Origin: the human T2T-CHM13v2.0 reference genome, Homo sapiens
Assembly (NCBI RefSeq): GCF_009914755.1
Contig: NC_060927.1
Strand: one strand, 5' to 3'
Length of the DNA: 64,000 nt
Shown piece by piece: positions 29,041 to 43,472 of the stretch. Every line of letters starts with the position of its first letter. The first letter of the stretch is position 1. The position numbers were made by a program, and so were the translations under genes. Under the pieces are notes generated by a model. The model did not search any database and was not told the DNA's origin. It was given only the letters and a program-made list of their open reading frames with translations.

Positions 29041-29915
29041 CCATTTGCACTGAAGATCAGTGGTCACACTGGTAGAAAATGTGTTCAATTACTTTTACAA
29101 ATCAAAGAGAATTATGATGCTGTCACATTATTTTAAAAAATGCTTTATATATATCCTGTGCTGACATTTTCTCTTTAATAAGTTGGACTTAAAGTATAGC
29201 TCTTCAAGTGCATTTCGGAAATTTTATTTTTGTAAAAAAGTTCTTTGTCAATTCTGGAAAATTCTTCCATAATCCTATTTTCAAAATATTTTTCTACAGC
29301 TATGTGAAAAATAATCACTATAACTAAATTTTTAATATTAAAAGAACCTACTAAATTATTTTTAAAAGATGCATTTTAGTGAATACAGAAATATTATTTC
29401 ATGCTTAAAATATTGTGTGTTGACAGCAGGATTCTATCATTTCAAATTATATCTTTGTAATTTCAGTACTATATTTAACTAATTACATTTATAATTTTCT
29501 ACTTAACTCAACTATTAGGCATTATAGGAAGAAGGCATTTTAAAGCACCAAGTAATTTGGAGTTTTATGATTAAACCTATTCATACAAGTTTGATGCTTT
29601 GAGATTGTGAAAGAAAATGTTAATTAGTTTGTAATTTAAAATACCAGTAGCCTTAAAGGTGTGCTATTGATATGGTAATATTTTTAGATCACTTAAAGAG
29701 ATTTTTGAAGCACTGATTTAAAACAGAGGGGATAGAAAAAGAATAATATGTGAAAAATAAGAAAAATTTTTTTGTGGAGCTGTAGAAATGACAAAGTGGT
29801 AGAGTAAGATATCCAGACTACGGTAGAACTGTAATTTTAAATTTATGTTTATATCTGTGTGCTTTAATTTTATTAATTTTTGAATCAGTCATATATTAGC
29901 ATTCTTTTTGCATAG

Positions 29916-30108
29916 TTGTATATGAGCAGGACCACAATATTGCCACCTCGCTGGACCCCATTTCTTATTGTAGTCTATGTAAATATTGTCTACTGGAACT
30001 ACGCAAGGAGAAGCAATTATGACAGGAGCATACAATTTTGTTTGGCATCTTGTGATGCCAAACAAAATCATGATATTCTGTCACGAGACCTTCTGTAAAA
30101 GTTGATAT
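29916..30108 (+). other. Candidate exon containing a perfect 15-bp hairpin
   Basis: Acceptor ATTCTTTTTGCATAG, donor AT|GTATGT; stops in all frames; hairpin at 30035-30068. Confidence 0.3.
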
Positions 30109-30899
30109 GTATGTAAACATTATATTTAGTAATAATAATATGGAAGTTGTTTTATTGCGCTCACTATAAAGATTCACCATTTGACCTTTCTGAAAATAGT
30201 TGGGAATTAAAAGTAACTCTTTAAAGTATTTATCTTCAGATCTAGCTAAATTTCACACATGAACACAAAGTTATATTTCTGGATGACTCAGTAATAAATA
30301 CTTTAAGATGTAACAACAATTTAGTTTTTTGTGACATAGCAGTTTTCAAAGCAGATTTAAGTAGTCATTTAAGCAATATATTGTTTTGGCTGAAACGATT
30401 TTGTTAATTTTCTTCATTTTCCACTGGATTTTCCACATGAAAGAGTACCTATAAAATTAAGATTTTTTTCTTTTATTTGAAGATGAGTTTCTTGTTTATA
30501 AATGCTTAACCTACAAAATTTCATGATGCTGTCTATTAAATATATCTTTAGCATGTTTATTTCTTCTCCAGATATTTATAAGTATATGCTATAAACCTTT
30601 TGGTGATATCAAAAATATTTTAAAAGAAAAATTTCAGGAACAAAGAAGTTTAGAAATTTCTTTGAACTCTTAGAAATTTTATGAGATAAAAATTAAAATA
30701 TATTAATATGATTTCATAAACCATCAATAACTATAAAACTCAAATCATACTCTTAAAAATGTGGGAATTTTTATTGTGAAGAGTAGAAAGATTTATTTGG
30801 ATTAATTTATTCAGAGGCACCTAGATAAAACTTAAGACTAATATAGCATTTAAACTTACAATGTCATTCTAGATACTAAGTTAATGATGTTTTACAAGT

Positions 30900-33800
30900 T
30901 ATTATTTGTAGTATTCTTATTATTATTTGCTTCTAAGTATTTTAAAATTTCCATTATGATTAATTTATTTTCTGATCCCTAAGTTATTTAACTATGTGTT
31001 TTTAAAATGTATGTTTGTAGGTTTGTTTGTGTTTACAAACTTGTGATTTAATTACATTCTGATCAGAGAAGGTGATCTGTCTTCATATGTTTTGAAATTT
31101 TTCAAGACTTACTTTTTGGCCTAGAATACGGTCAATATTCATTCATATTATGTTTGCTTTTTCTCTTTGACAAAACCCGTCGTAAGAGTCACCTTAAGAT
31201 TGGCTGCAAGAGAGTTCCTGCAAAGTACTGCTTTAAACCTTCCGTAGATGGGGCTGGTTGGAATTCCAAAGAAATAAGCACTGAACACTAGGGTGATCTG
31301 TCTAAAGCACAGGGAAACTTACAGCGTGCTGCACAGTCCTCCAGTCAGATAGCAAGGCAAAGATGTTCTACCTAGGTATGCCTGACCAAAGTTAGGGAGT
31401 TGGTAATGGGGTAATGGAGTTCATATAAGATTCATATGAGTTTAAGGATTTTGGCTCAGTAGCCGGGGGGCTAGTTGGGTTGGAGGGGTACTTTTACGTA
31501 TTTAGCAAGATTTTAATCTCTTAGTGTTTTTGAGCCTCAACCTGAATAGCTTTATCAGTGCCTGGGAATGTTCAAGGCTCTGGATTGGTTTACATCCTTT
31601 GGGAAAAAACATGCGGCTGGCAAGGTCACAGAGTAATCAAGGCATTTAATCTTTCTAAGTTAGGACACAGAATAAAAGGAGGAGGATGTCAGTGAGGGTA
31701 ACAAGGTAGGGATGGAGACCTGGAGGACCTAGTGGGCGTGGAAACCCGGGGAACCCTACAGTGCTTGAAAAGAATGTGTATTCTCTAATTAGTGATTGTA
31801 TGGTTTAGTGATGTACATGAAATTAATTTTGTTAAATTTATTGTTATACATTTCTATAACTGTTAATTTTGTCTAAGTAACCTAATAGTATTTCAAAGTG
31901 GTGTGTCAGTCTCTTTTAATGGTTTTGATTTATTAATTTTTCTATTTTTCTCAGCTTGTTCTTTATATATTTTGGGACTTTTAAATTATGCACATACAAT
32001 TGAGAATTGTTATATATTCCTAATGAATTTAGTGATTTATTATAACAAAATTGTCCTTCTAATCTCTAGTAGCAATTTAATTATATCTTGTCTGAAATGT
32101 ATTTGGGTATTTCAGATTTCCTTTGGTTTGTGTTTGCTTTATATATCTTTTTTTTTCCATTTCTCTACAGACTTTCAAAAGTGTATGTTTTACATTTGTA
32201 TTGAGTCTCTATAGGTGAATTTTTGGTATTAAAAATGTCATATTTATTTATTTTTACAGTTTTTTTAGAAAATTGATAGACTTTTTTGAGCAGTTATAGA
32301 GGGTATATGCAAATTCCAATTTCTTCTGAATTTTCCAATTTTACAGGACAATTCAGAAGAAAATACAGGGTTTGCATATACACCCTCACCACCATCCCCC
32401 CTTGTTTGCCCTATTATTAACATCTTGTATTAGTATGATATATTTGTTACAATTGATGAGCCAATATTGATTCAGTATTATTAATCTTAACTAAAGTCTA
32501 TAGATTACATTAGGATTTTCTTTGTATTGTACATTCTATGGGTTTTGAAACATGTATAATGACATGTAGCCACCATTGCAATACCACACAGTATAGTTTT
32601 GATGTCCTAAAAATCTCCTGTGCTTTACATTTCATTCTTGCCTCCCTTCCCCCAAATCCTTGGCAATCACTGATTTTTTTACCGTCCATAGTTTTGCCTT
32701 TTCTAGAACATCATGTAGTTGAAATCATCGGAATGTAGCCTTTTAAGATTGTCTTCTTTCATTTAGATATATGTACTTAAGTTTTCTCCATGTCGTTTTA
32801 TGGTTTAATAGCTCATCTATCTTTATTTCTGAACAGTATTACATTTTATAAGTGTTCCAGTTTGTTTATCCACTCACTTACTGAAGGATTTCTTCGTTGC
32901 TTTTAAGTTTTGGTAATTGTTAATAAAGCTGCTAAAAAACATTCATGTGCAGGTTTTTGTGTGAATATGAGTTTTCAACTCATTTGGGGTGAATGCTAAA
33001 GATTGGGATTGCTGGATTTGTTAAGATTTTGTTTAGTTTTGTAAGAAACTGCTAAATTGTCTTCTGAGGTGTCTGTACCATTTTGTATTTCTACCACCAA
33101 TGAGTGAAAGTTTCTGTTAATTCACATCCTCAGCAGCATTTGGTGATGTCAATTTGGATTTTAGTATAACTAGAGTCTAAAAAATATCCCATCAGACATT
33201 TCCTTTTGTATAGCTGAAGAATTACTACATCCATATTTATTTTGACTATTGTTATTTGTCTATGTCTTGTTTATCTGTCTATATGCCCTACTTTTTTGTG
33301 TCTTTTTTCTTCATTTTGAATTGACCAAATTTTGCATGTCTTGTTTTTTATTCCATTTTCTCCATCTTCTGTTTTGGAATTTATGCCCTTTATAATTTTA
33401 GTGGTTATTCTTGAAATGTATCATATATAGTTGAAGTCTAAAGTTAAACTGTAGTACTAGGATCTTAGAACACTTGGATCTTATCACTCTTGTGACTTAA
33501 TTTTTTAATTTTCATTTTTCAATAAAATCCCTACCATTTAGAAATTATTATTATTAAATACAGATATTTTTGTAGATTTAACTTTCATTCTAGAAATACA
33601 GTTTATTCAGACACAATTTTTCAGCACTTTGAGGACAATATTTTGTAGTTTTCTGAGTTCTATTACTGATGTGAAGGAGTTTGTTACCAGTGAGGTGAGG
33701 CTTTATTTGTAGAGGATCTGGCTTTTTTCCTCTAAGCTGCTTTTCACCTCCTCTTTTTACCTGGTTATCTGCAGTTTTACCATGATGTGCCTAAGCATGT

Positions 33801-34130
33801 ATTCTTTTAATTGCTTTCACCAGTTGGACATTTTTTAGTCATTTCTCTTCATATATAGACTGTTTTTCCTTTTTTTCACACTCCACTTCTCGTTCTCTGT
33901 TTAAAGTTATCTTAGCTTCCCTCATTCCATATTTTATGTCTTTAATTTTTTCCCTTATTTTTCTATCTTGTTTATGATCTGTGCTCCAACTACTTAATTT
34001 CTTCACTCTGTTTCTCTTCACTGATTCTTTCTTCAGTTCTGTTTAATCTGTTTTTAAAAGTTTTCCTCTTGTTTCATTTTCAATTTTTTTTTTTTATTTC
34101 TAAAAGTTCTGTTTATTTTTTCTTTTCAAA
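30900..34130 (-). mobile_element. Old L1M fragments, including an L1MC-like 3' end at ~32280-33170
   Basis: Antisense L1 motifs (AATAAAGCTGCT, ATTCATGTGCAGGTTTTTGTGTG, CCTATTATTAACATCTTG). Confidence 0.7.
31159..31760 (-). mobile_element. Solo LTR inserted in L1M (family uncertain, ERVL-like)
   Basis: GC-richer ~600-bp block ending CCCTACA; imperfect TTGCT/GTGCT TSD; host L1 resumes afterwards. Confidence 0.6.
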
Positions 34131-37100
34131 TCGCTGGTGTTTGGGGAGTCTGTTGTAGCATTTGAGTGGTCCATGATTAACGTTTTTAAGAAAACCACAA
34201 AACAAAAGGTATGTTTTATTGATGATAGATTTTTTTTCCAACTTTAAATTCTGCTTGGATAAGTATATATCAAAGATGCTGAAACTGTTGTGGCCATTTC
34301 AATAGTCATCTAATTTTTAAATTGAAAAATTGGGCTTATCATACTACTATGCACATAATGTCTTAGGTTCTCATTCTAGAATGCAAGAGAGACATAGCAG
34401 AAATAATCCATATCAGGGAGAGGTTATGACACAATTCAATATTTTAGCTACATCTTCAGAGATGATAATAGATATTCTGGTTGGACATGAGTTATGACAT
34501 TTCATGTTATTAAAATTTTTATTATGTTTTACATTTAATAAAATTGGAAATATAATGTGTACATATATACATATTTTAAGTAATTTTAAATAATAGTTCA
34601 TATCTTTAAAATCAATATTGGATTTATTTGCATAACATATTTAATTTTTAATACGCAGCAGTTTAAAAGTAGATATAGACTTTTTGTTTATAAAATAAAC
34701 AAATTTTTTCAATATAATTTTTTTCAATTATATCTAAACATTAGGCACTGAACTTCTAATTAGAGCATTTTCCCTAGTCATATTATTTATACCTACCTGA
34801 CTTGCAAATTTTAGTGCATATTAAGTATCATCATACCTGTAATTGTTTTGAGAATGTTACCTATTTAATTCAATAATACAAAATGAGTTACAAATTTTAT
34901 GATAGTATCAGAAGGCAATCTGTTATAGTCAAATGACTCAGGCCTAGTTTTAAATCATACTTCCTTTTAAAAATAGATAAGTCGATATGATCATAGGTCA
35001 GTTGTTTAGTGTTTCTGAATATCAGTTTTGTCATTTATAAGATGAAGATAATAGTGTTAATGTAAGTATTAAATGGAAAGAAAAGAATCTTGTGTAGTAC
35101 CTGGTACCCAGTAGTCTCCCAAAAAATGAAATAGTGATAGTTATTATTATCATTATTACTAATACAGAGATAATTGCAAGATTTTATCTTTTGAATGTTT
35201 TCATTAGAAGGTCGTAGAGACTCTACCACAGAAAGCAAAGCATAAAATAAAAATTACCACCTCTCTATTTGTTCAATATTATTTCTATGTGTTGGAGATG
35301 AGTATTTATAGCTATTTTCAGGCATAAATCCATAAAACAGTAGAATTATGATGTAGGTAGTGTCTACCTGTGAGGATATTTTAAGTATTCATGTCGTTTG
35401 TGAGCCACAGTTTATTTCTTCTTTGGGAAAAACAAATAGATTTGTTTGGATTTATTGTTCGCAGACATACTAATCTATTTTTCTGTCCTCTATCAACACT
35501 TTCTATTTATTGATATCACAAATTAATAACTTAATTAAGTACATACATATTGATTGAATACATACTTTGTAAAGATCACCATTACAGGTGATCTCATTAT
35601 TATGAGACGTAATTTTTAGAAGTAAAAGAAAGTTTTGTTAGTGGAATAGCAACTCAGTTTAGAATTAGAATTGTTATTTCTGAATCTGTTTCAGAAAGTC
35701 TTTTCACCACACCGTATTGCTTGCCCATGAAATATGGTTCCTGTCCTGAAGAAAGAGAATAACACATACGTATATGAAAAGCTATATTGAATTAAGTGCT
35801 TTAGTATCAGTACAAATAAAAAAGGAAGGACAACTGGGAAAGGGCTGTAAGAAGGCAATGCATGATTAATTGCTGAATGAGCCACACAGAAAATCATGCT
35901 TTAACTATTCAGTGAATGAAGCTGTATCTTTTTTTGTGATTTTATTAGTACTGATGTATGTATATATATCTGGGATATGTCTGTTTTTTATCGGTCTTAT
36001 CAGCCACTGAGACTGTAAGTCCATATGGGGAGGAACCAATATTTTTATTTTTCTGAATCCCCATGCCATATAACCTTAGGTACAATTGCTGAAGGTGTTT
36101 GTGGATTTATTCCACGTTCATTATTATTATTATTCTTTTTTTAAAATTATTATTCTTTTTTTAAGAATATTTTAGAATTTTAGAATATTTTCTAAAATAT
36201 AACTGAATTTATCTTAATACAGAATATTCTTTAAATTATACCATTATACCACGTTTCCAGGTTCCTAACATTTTACCCATATAAAAGCTAAGTTGTCCAA
36301 TGCATGCTATACCTTCTCAATATATATATGATTATATTGTATCTCTATGGCCTAATAATGAATTTTTCAAAATTTCAGCCATCAAAATATGTCGTACTTG
36401 TTTGATCATATTATAGCTTTCATTAATGTTATGAATTATATTTTAAAATGAAAAGATTGTAAGATTAGCTAACAAAAGTTGCAGAAGAGAGTGTATTACA
36501 TGTACACTATACTTTGGAAGAGTAATAACGTTTGTATATCATTTTCTATAAGAAATAATGCTTTTAATAAGGAGACTCGATCCAAGGACATTATTAAATT
36601 TATAAAATTAATAATGTAAGAATAGTATAGAAATTAAAAACTTAAGCATTATATTAAATAAAGTACCCAGTTAAAGATTAATTTTCATATGAAAAGCACC
36701 CCTCCTATGTGTACAGTTCAATGAATTTTGACAAATATGTGTACCCATTAGCACTACATATTTACAACAGCTGTTTTACAATCTTTATCTACTGTTGCCA
36801 TCCTCTCTGTCATTTTAGGATCTCTTTCTATTGTCTGAGTTTTCTCTTGGTAATGAGTGTCATTTCCCTGCTTCTTTGCATGTCTAATAACTTTGATCAG
36901 GTGTTTGAGTGTTAAAATACTGAGTGCCTGAGTTTTTTATTTTAAAGTTTGTTGAATTTTGTTTTAGCAGGGAGTTAAATTATGATCAGCTATGTTAGGT
37001 TTAAAATACAGTTTATTCTAGGCTAGTTTAGCTGTACTGCTATGAGATGACACTTTTGGGTTAACACGCAAATGCTTTAAGTATTCAAGGATGTCTCTAC

Positions 37101-38279
37101 ATCCTGGCTATAGTTTTGGGAATTGTTTAGCCTACAGCTTCCCTTGCTTGTTTTTGCTCAGCCTCATAGTTTCACCATATATATGAACTACTTATTATTA
37201 GGCAAACAACTCAGGGCCTGCACTGTGAAGCTTCCTCTAGCTCTTTCTCTGTAAGGCTTCATCAACTGTGGTACTCTCTCCTGCAAATTTTAGCTTCCCA
37301 AACTTCCCCTAGTGCTATCTCTTTTTCTTCAACTCTGTGAGACTTCTTGCTTTGCATCTGGAAAGCACTTCCAGTCAGAATGCAACAATGATTTTAGGAT
37401 CACATGTGTATATTTGTTTTCTTCCAGGGATCATAGTGTTGCACTGCTTGTTTTCATGTCTGAAAACAAGTTTTTTTGTATCTCTGTTCCAGTACATTTA
37501 TTGATTTATTTATTTATGCTTTGTTTTATACCCATGGGAGGGCAAGCCTGGTCTCATTTATTTTTTTTTTCAGGTCTTGCAGCAAAAGCTTAGCATTAGA
37601 TTTTTATAAAATTTAAACATATATTTTCTACATAAATGAGTGTTATTAACATTTGTATAGCTACCTGAAATATGGATTAAATTGAGCTCATAATTAAGTA
37701 AGAAATAAATAGGACATTACAGGTTGATTTGTATTTCAAATAAACAATTTATTAGATTGTTGTATTTTAAAATCATAAAAGTTTTAATATAATCCTGGCA
37801 TCTTTACAGTCCTTTCTCAAATAATGTAGTGAGAGAAGTAGACATGTAAGCCAATCTAAGGCACGCTAGGGGATTCAACAGTAGGAAGTATCTTTTATTT
37901 AAATGTACACAGGGTTCTTTCAGGGCCTTAAAACCTTTGTGTATTCTAGCTTAAGGGTCACAACTTTAAGTAGGATCCCTTGTATTTTCCTTTTCCCATT
38001 TGGTATGGCATGGCTGTTCAAATCTGCTGTAAAGATAACTTTTAGGCCCTGATTCTAGAAATTATATTTCCATCCTAACTAGCATTGTGATTTTATGGTG
38101 CATTTTGGATAATACTAATTCTGTAACATTTTCTTCTCAGAAATGTTAGGTGGTCCTGGTAAGCCCCATAGTAAAGAAATTATTAAACTTCCTTTAACTC
38201 AGCATTTTCCTAATATATTTGATCATGAATCCTTATTTAATCAATGCTTACTTATAATCGAGTGCATCTAATGATCTAT

Positions 38280-38445
38280 AACTGCGATTCTCCAAATTTA
38301 ATTACTTATAAACCAGTTGGTGATCTTGTTAATCATGAATTCTGATTCTGTAGGTCTTGGGTTGGACCTGAGATCTTGCCTTTCTGATAAGCTTCCAGGT
38401 GATGCTGGTGCTGCTAGTCTGTAGACATCTCTGAATAGCAAGGAA
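38280..38445. mobile_element. MER5A MITE
   Basis: ATTCTGATTCTGTAGGTCTTGGG...CCAGGTGATGCTGGTGCTGC. Confidence 0.75.
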
Positions 38446-38685
38446 CTATACAATACTTTTGGAAAATATGGGTGAAGTCTTTTGTACGTGGCAAAAAATA
38501 CACCTGCAGGAAGTGAAACAACTTGTTAATATTATCTGATTTTAGGCTAAAAATTGGGGTAAACTAAAAAACAGAAAAATCTTTCGTTTTTTTAGTGAGA
38601 CTATTGTAACCTTAATAGCAAAACAGGGCAATGACAGTAGTATAAATAAACATATAGATCAAATTCACTAATGCATGCATGTAAA

Positions 38686-38988
<303 letters not shown>

Positions 38989-39149
38989 TATCTTTAATTA
39001 AACAGGGTGATGAAGTCTGGCTTTACTTGCTTACCTACTGAGAAGCAAAGATAAGGTTATACAAGCACAAATAAAACACTTTATATGTTTTATAAGGAGC
39101 TGGGTGGGTAGGGAATGACTCAAGAAAAAAAATATGTCTGATTTGACCC

Positions 39150-40095
39150 AGAAACATTGAATAAATTGAATTACTCAATAAAAACTACATAAAGTATTAG
39201 ATCCCAATATTTCTTCAGACTTGTTTTACCAAACCTTCAAAGAATGGATAACCCCATTGCCTGCAAACTTTTTAGAAAATAAAAATGAAGAAAGCTACCC
39301 TGTTCTTTTTATGATACCGCAGGTAGAATAACCTTGATAGCAAAACCGGACAAGGAAAAGATTACAGGCCAAATTCACTAGTGAACATATATGGATAATT
39401 CTTCTTCCTTTTCCTCTTTCTCTTCTTCTTCCTTCTTCTTTCTTCTTAGTTATTGAGACAGAGTCCTGCTCTGCTGTCCAGGCTGGAGTGCAGTGGTGTG
39501 ATCTTGGCTCACTGCAACCTCTGCCTCCCAGGGATCAAGTGATCACTTCAGTTTCCCAAGTAACCAGGACAGGAGGTGCATGCTGCCACACCTGGCTAAA
39601 ATATTGTAGTTGCTATGGAGGTTGAAAAAAAATTGATTGCATTAAATAACATTTTATAGTAAAATATCTTAGAAAGTTATGACAGAATGCAACTTCCTTT
39701 AATTTTGTAAAATGTATTTGCCAAAATCATATAGTAAGCATCACTGTTAATGATGAACTTGAGAAGCATTTATTTCACTGTTAGAAACAAGACGAAGATG
39801 CAGTAATCATTTCTTTTGGCCAAAGCAATAAAAAAGAAAATAAATGAGGTATAAAAATTTGCAAAAATGAAATATTGTTATTCAAAAAGGATATTATTTG
39901 TTACACAAAAATTAAGGAAGATCTACCTATAAACCATTGTGTCTAATGAAAAAGTTCAGCAATTTTGAAGGACTCAAGATCAATATAAACAAATCAATAG
40001 CATTTCTATATAGCACAACAACCAATTAGAAAATGTAACTTTAAAAATGTTATTCCTGGTAGCAATACAGACCTAAAGTGTAGGAATAAATCTTT
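39150..40095 (+). mobile_element. Old L1M ORF2 fragment
   Basis: Diverged RT-region motifs (ACCTTGATAGCAAAACC, AAGATCAATATAAACAAATCAATAGCATTTCTATA). Confidence 0.7.
39445..39600 (-). mobile_element. Alu monomer / truncated AluJ
   Basis: Right-arm Alu with a (CTT)n-type tail. Confidence 0.85.
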
Positions 40096-40119
40096 AATAG
40101 TGCAAGTCCATATTCAAAT

Positions 40120-40358
40120 AATAACAACAGTGATAATTACTAGAATGTTTGGAATGCAAGGAACTTTTCTGTGTATATTATCTCATTTAAATCTTTAAAA
40201 CAACTCTATGAGGTAGGTAATGGTATGATCCTAATTTCCCACATAAGAATAAGAGACCCAGAGAAGTTAAGTAACTTGATCAAGGTCACACACCTAGTAA
40301 AGGCAGAAGCAGGATTCAAATTCAGATATTATGGCTCCATAATCTACTCTCTTAACCA
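40120..40358 (-). mobile_element. MIR SINE
   Basis: GAGAAGTTAAGTAACTTGATCAAGGTCACACACCTAGTAA core. Confidence 0.8.
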
Positions 40359-40561
40359 ACAGCTCATCACAGATTACCACCGCATCACTACCTACTGTAT
40401 GTATGTATATCACATGGACCTCTTAAAAAGTTAGATTCAATTATTTGAATTCATGTTATTTTATACTCCCTTAACATGGCTTAGACAGTGGGGTGCTGGT
40501 AAATGTCTCACAGCTGGCAGTCTGGGGAAGAAAGTCTTGAACTGTAACATTTGCTGATTTC

Positions 40562-40740
40562 TTTCCTTTTCTTCTTATTTTTGTTAATTTTTAGAGATAT
40601 GGTCTTACTCTGTTGCCCAGGCTGGAGTACAGTGGCACAGTCATAGCTCACTGCAGCCTTGACATCCTGAGCTCAAGAGAGCCTTCTGCCTCAGTCTCCT
40701 GAGTAGCTGAGACTAAAGGTGTCCACCATCACACCTGGCC
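40562..40740 (-). mobile_element. Alu right monomer (FRAM/AluJ)
   Basis: Monomer only; TSD ATTTGCTGAT. Confidence 0.88.
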
Positions 40741-40775
40741 AAAATTTGCTGATCGCATGGTGTAAATATTCCTAC

Positions 40776-41209
40776 TGTCTCAGTCCATTTTTGTGTTGCT
40801 GTAAAGGAATATCTAAGGCTGGGTAATTTATAATGGAAAAAAGTTTATTCGACTCATGGTTCTGCAGGCTTTACAAGTAGCATGGCACCATCATCTGCTT
40901 CTGGTGAGGGCCTCAGACTGCTATTGCAGAAAGTGAACAAGAGCAGGTTTGTGCAGAGATGACATGGTGATAGAACAGAAGCAGGGGGCAAGGTGAGGGG
41001 GAGGGAAGGTGCCACACTTTTTTTAGCAATTAATTCTAGCAGGATCTAACTGAGAACTCACTCACACTCATGAGAATGGCATCAATTCATTCATGAGGGT
41101 TCCATACTCATGATCCAAACACTCCCAGCAGGCCCCACCTCCAACAATGGGGATCAGATTTCAACATGAGACTTGGTGAAACTAAATGTACCATATCTAA
41201 ACCATAGCA
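40776..41209 (-). mobile_element. MST MaLR solo LTR
   Basis: TGTCTCAGTCCATTTT...GGCTGGGTAATTTATA...AAACCATAGCA. Confidence 0.88.
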
Positions 41210-41829
41210 CCCGCCATAGCTAATTTCAAGCTACCAGTGTGACATCATTTAGCATAGGGAAGAGATGTACACGTTTAGTTCTTGTGAACCAGTGCAAGCT
41301 GGCCCCACTAGACTTAGAATTTACAACAGTTAATTCCCTTGTGAATTAAAGCATCCCTTTAAAGAATGTATATTCACCTGTGAATTTTAAATTTTGAATA
41401 GTTTTCTGTGTTTACTTAGGTAGTTTCTGCTATATAACTTCTACTCATCTTCAAACTAATTTGGGTCAATTGATATAGTTTTCTGAATTCCAGTAGACAT
41501 ATTCTAAACACCCTTTTAAAAGAAAATTCAAGAAGAGGGAATTTTTGACTTTTTTTTTGTAGATTTTGATAAAATTTTTACTACTTTCATAATGTGTGTT
41601 GAAACTTTCTAACTTATACTGTGTTTTCACATACATTATATTTTTGAACTTGTGAACATTTCAACATTGCCTCAGCTGCTCTTTCTGGAAAATTAGATAG
41701 TTCTGTTTTTTTAAAGCAGAGTAAGTAGTAATTAATGTTTTATTTTTCCCTAAGTATAATATAGATAAAAAGTATGTTATGAACATGATATGTTATATTT
41801 GATGTCATGATATAAAAATTTCTGATCAT

Positions 41830-42430
41830 GCAGTAATGATGCTCTGTTAAGCAATTATCTGAATAACAATTTTTAAGTGAACTATACTTTATAGTTATAG
41901 TGAAATACTCAAATATTATGCATATCCATCATTCAGATTGATTAGTACATGTCAATCAATATATGAACATTTTCCTCACTTCATTAAGTTTTCTTGTTCC
42001 TTCTTCAGTCGATATTCCCTATAGAAGCAAATATCTATCACAAGTTCATTTGGTCTCTTCTAGAATTCAAATAAATAGAATCAGACATTATGTACTGATT
42101 GGCTACCTTCACTCAGTGTAATTTTTTTTGAGATTTATCTATGATGTTGCTTGTATCAATAAACTGGTGTATTTTATTTTCTGATACAATTTATAAAAGC
42201 AAAACGAGTTTATCCATTCTTCTCTTGATAAATATCTATATTATTTCCAGTTTCGGGCTGTTATGAATGAAGCTGCTATAAACATTTTTATACAAGACTC
42301 TTTGTAGATACATATTTGTATTCCTTTGGAAAATAAAATAGAATGTAATGGCTGTGTCATAGGGTAGCTGCATATTTAACTTTTTAAGAAACTGACAATG
42401 GTTTTAACAAAGTGATTGTACCATTTTGGT
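41830..42430 (-). mobile_element. Old L1M 3' fragment
   Basis: TTATTTCCAGTTTCGGGCTGTTATGAATGAAGCTGCTATAAACAT. Confidence 0.7.
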
Positions 42431-43164
42431 TAATTTTTTAAAAAAAATTTAAATAATTTGGTATTAGAAGTACTCATATTTCTCTTGATCAACTCTCCAC
42501 TGCAGGATATAATGAATAAATGAGAATCAAGTAGTATTTTTATGAATAACTTACTAATTTTATATTGTAGACAACAAAATTAAGTCTCTGGCAAAATTAT
42601 GACAGCAGTAAACACTTAAAAGATTTCTACCTAAAATATACATTGCTGACTTTCTCCTTAGTTATTCAGCATCTTCAGTGGACTTGGTACTTTGTGAGCA
42701 ATTCTTTACCATTTGACTATGTGACTACTCAGTTTAAAGCCCAAACATTTCCTAGTTAGTGATGAATTTGCCTAAAAATTCTTAGGTTATCAATGATGAT
42801 AATTATTATAAATATGTTATTCCTTGGTCTAATTTTAAAGCATTCACGAATATTGTCAAGAGATATGTAAATTGGTGATTTTGTGTAACAGTGGCCAGAA
42901 ACTATGAGGAAAAACTTGGTTATAAATCTTAAGGAATATTCCATTGTGAAATTTCTAAATTTAGTGACAGTCACCGAAGTTACATATACTTTGTATGATC
43001 AAAATTCTATAGTAAGTTTATTTGGAAGAGGAATGTGTAAGAAAAAATGTAGGTATGCATTTCAGCTGTACATTTATTGTTAATTTAGTCATTCACTTAC
43101 TCTATCCATATTTATTAGATGCCTATTGTGCCCCAGACACTGAGCCAGGCATTGAGTATATATA

Positions 43165-43472
43165 GTTTGTTTGTTTGTTTATTTATTTTGAGATGTAATT
43201 TTGCTCTTGTTGCCCAGGCTGGAGTGCAATGTGCGATCTCGGCTCACAGCAACCTCCACTTCCCGGGTTAAAGCGATGATCCTGCCTCAGACTCCTGAGT
43301 AGCTGGGATTACAGGCATGCACCACCATGCCTGGCTAATTTTGTATTTTTAGTAGAGACAGGGCTTTGCCATGTTGGTCAGGCTGGTCTCGAACTCCTGG
43401 CCTCAGGTGATCCACTCACCTCGGCTTCACAAAGTGCCGAGATTACAGATGTGAGCCACCGTGCCCAGCCTG
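43165..43472 (-). mobile_element. AluSp/Sq inserted in an L2 remnant
   Basis: Reverse dimer with (TTTG/TTTA)n tail; flanked by GTATATAT repeats. Confidence 0.93.

Larger units (their letters stand above)
40486..41310. mobile_element. MER63A-like hAT MITE split by an Alu monomer and an MST LTR
   Basis: CAGTGGGGTGCTGGTAAATG...GGTGTAAATATTCC...ATTTCAAGCTACCAG in three collinear pieces. Confidence 0.7.

Noticed and set aside
29940-29956. CTCF-like motif (rc CCAGCGAGGTGGCA)
   Set aside because: Needs a gap or mismatches in the core; cannot be supported without ChIP data.
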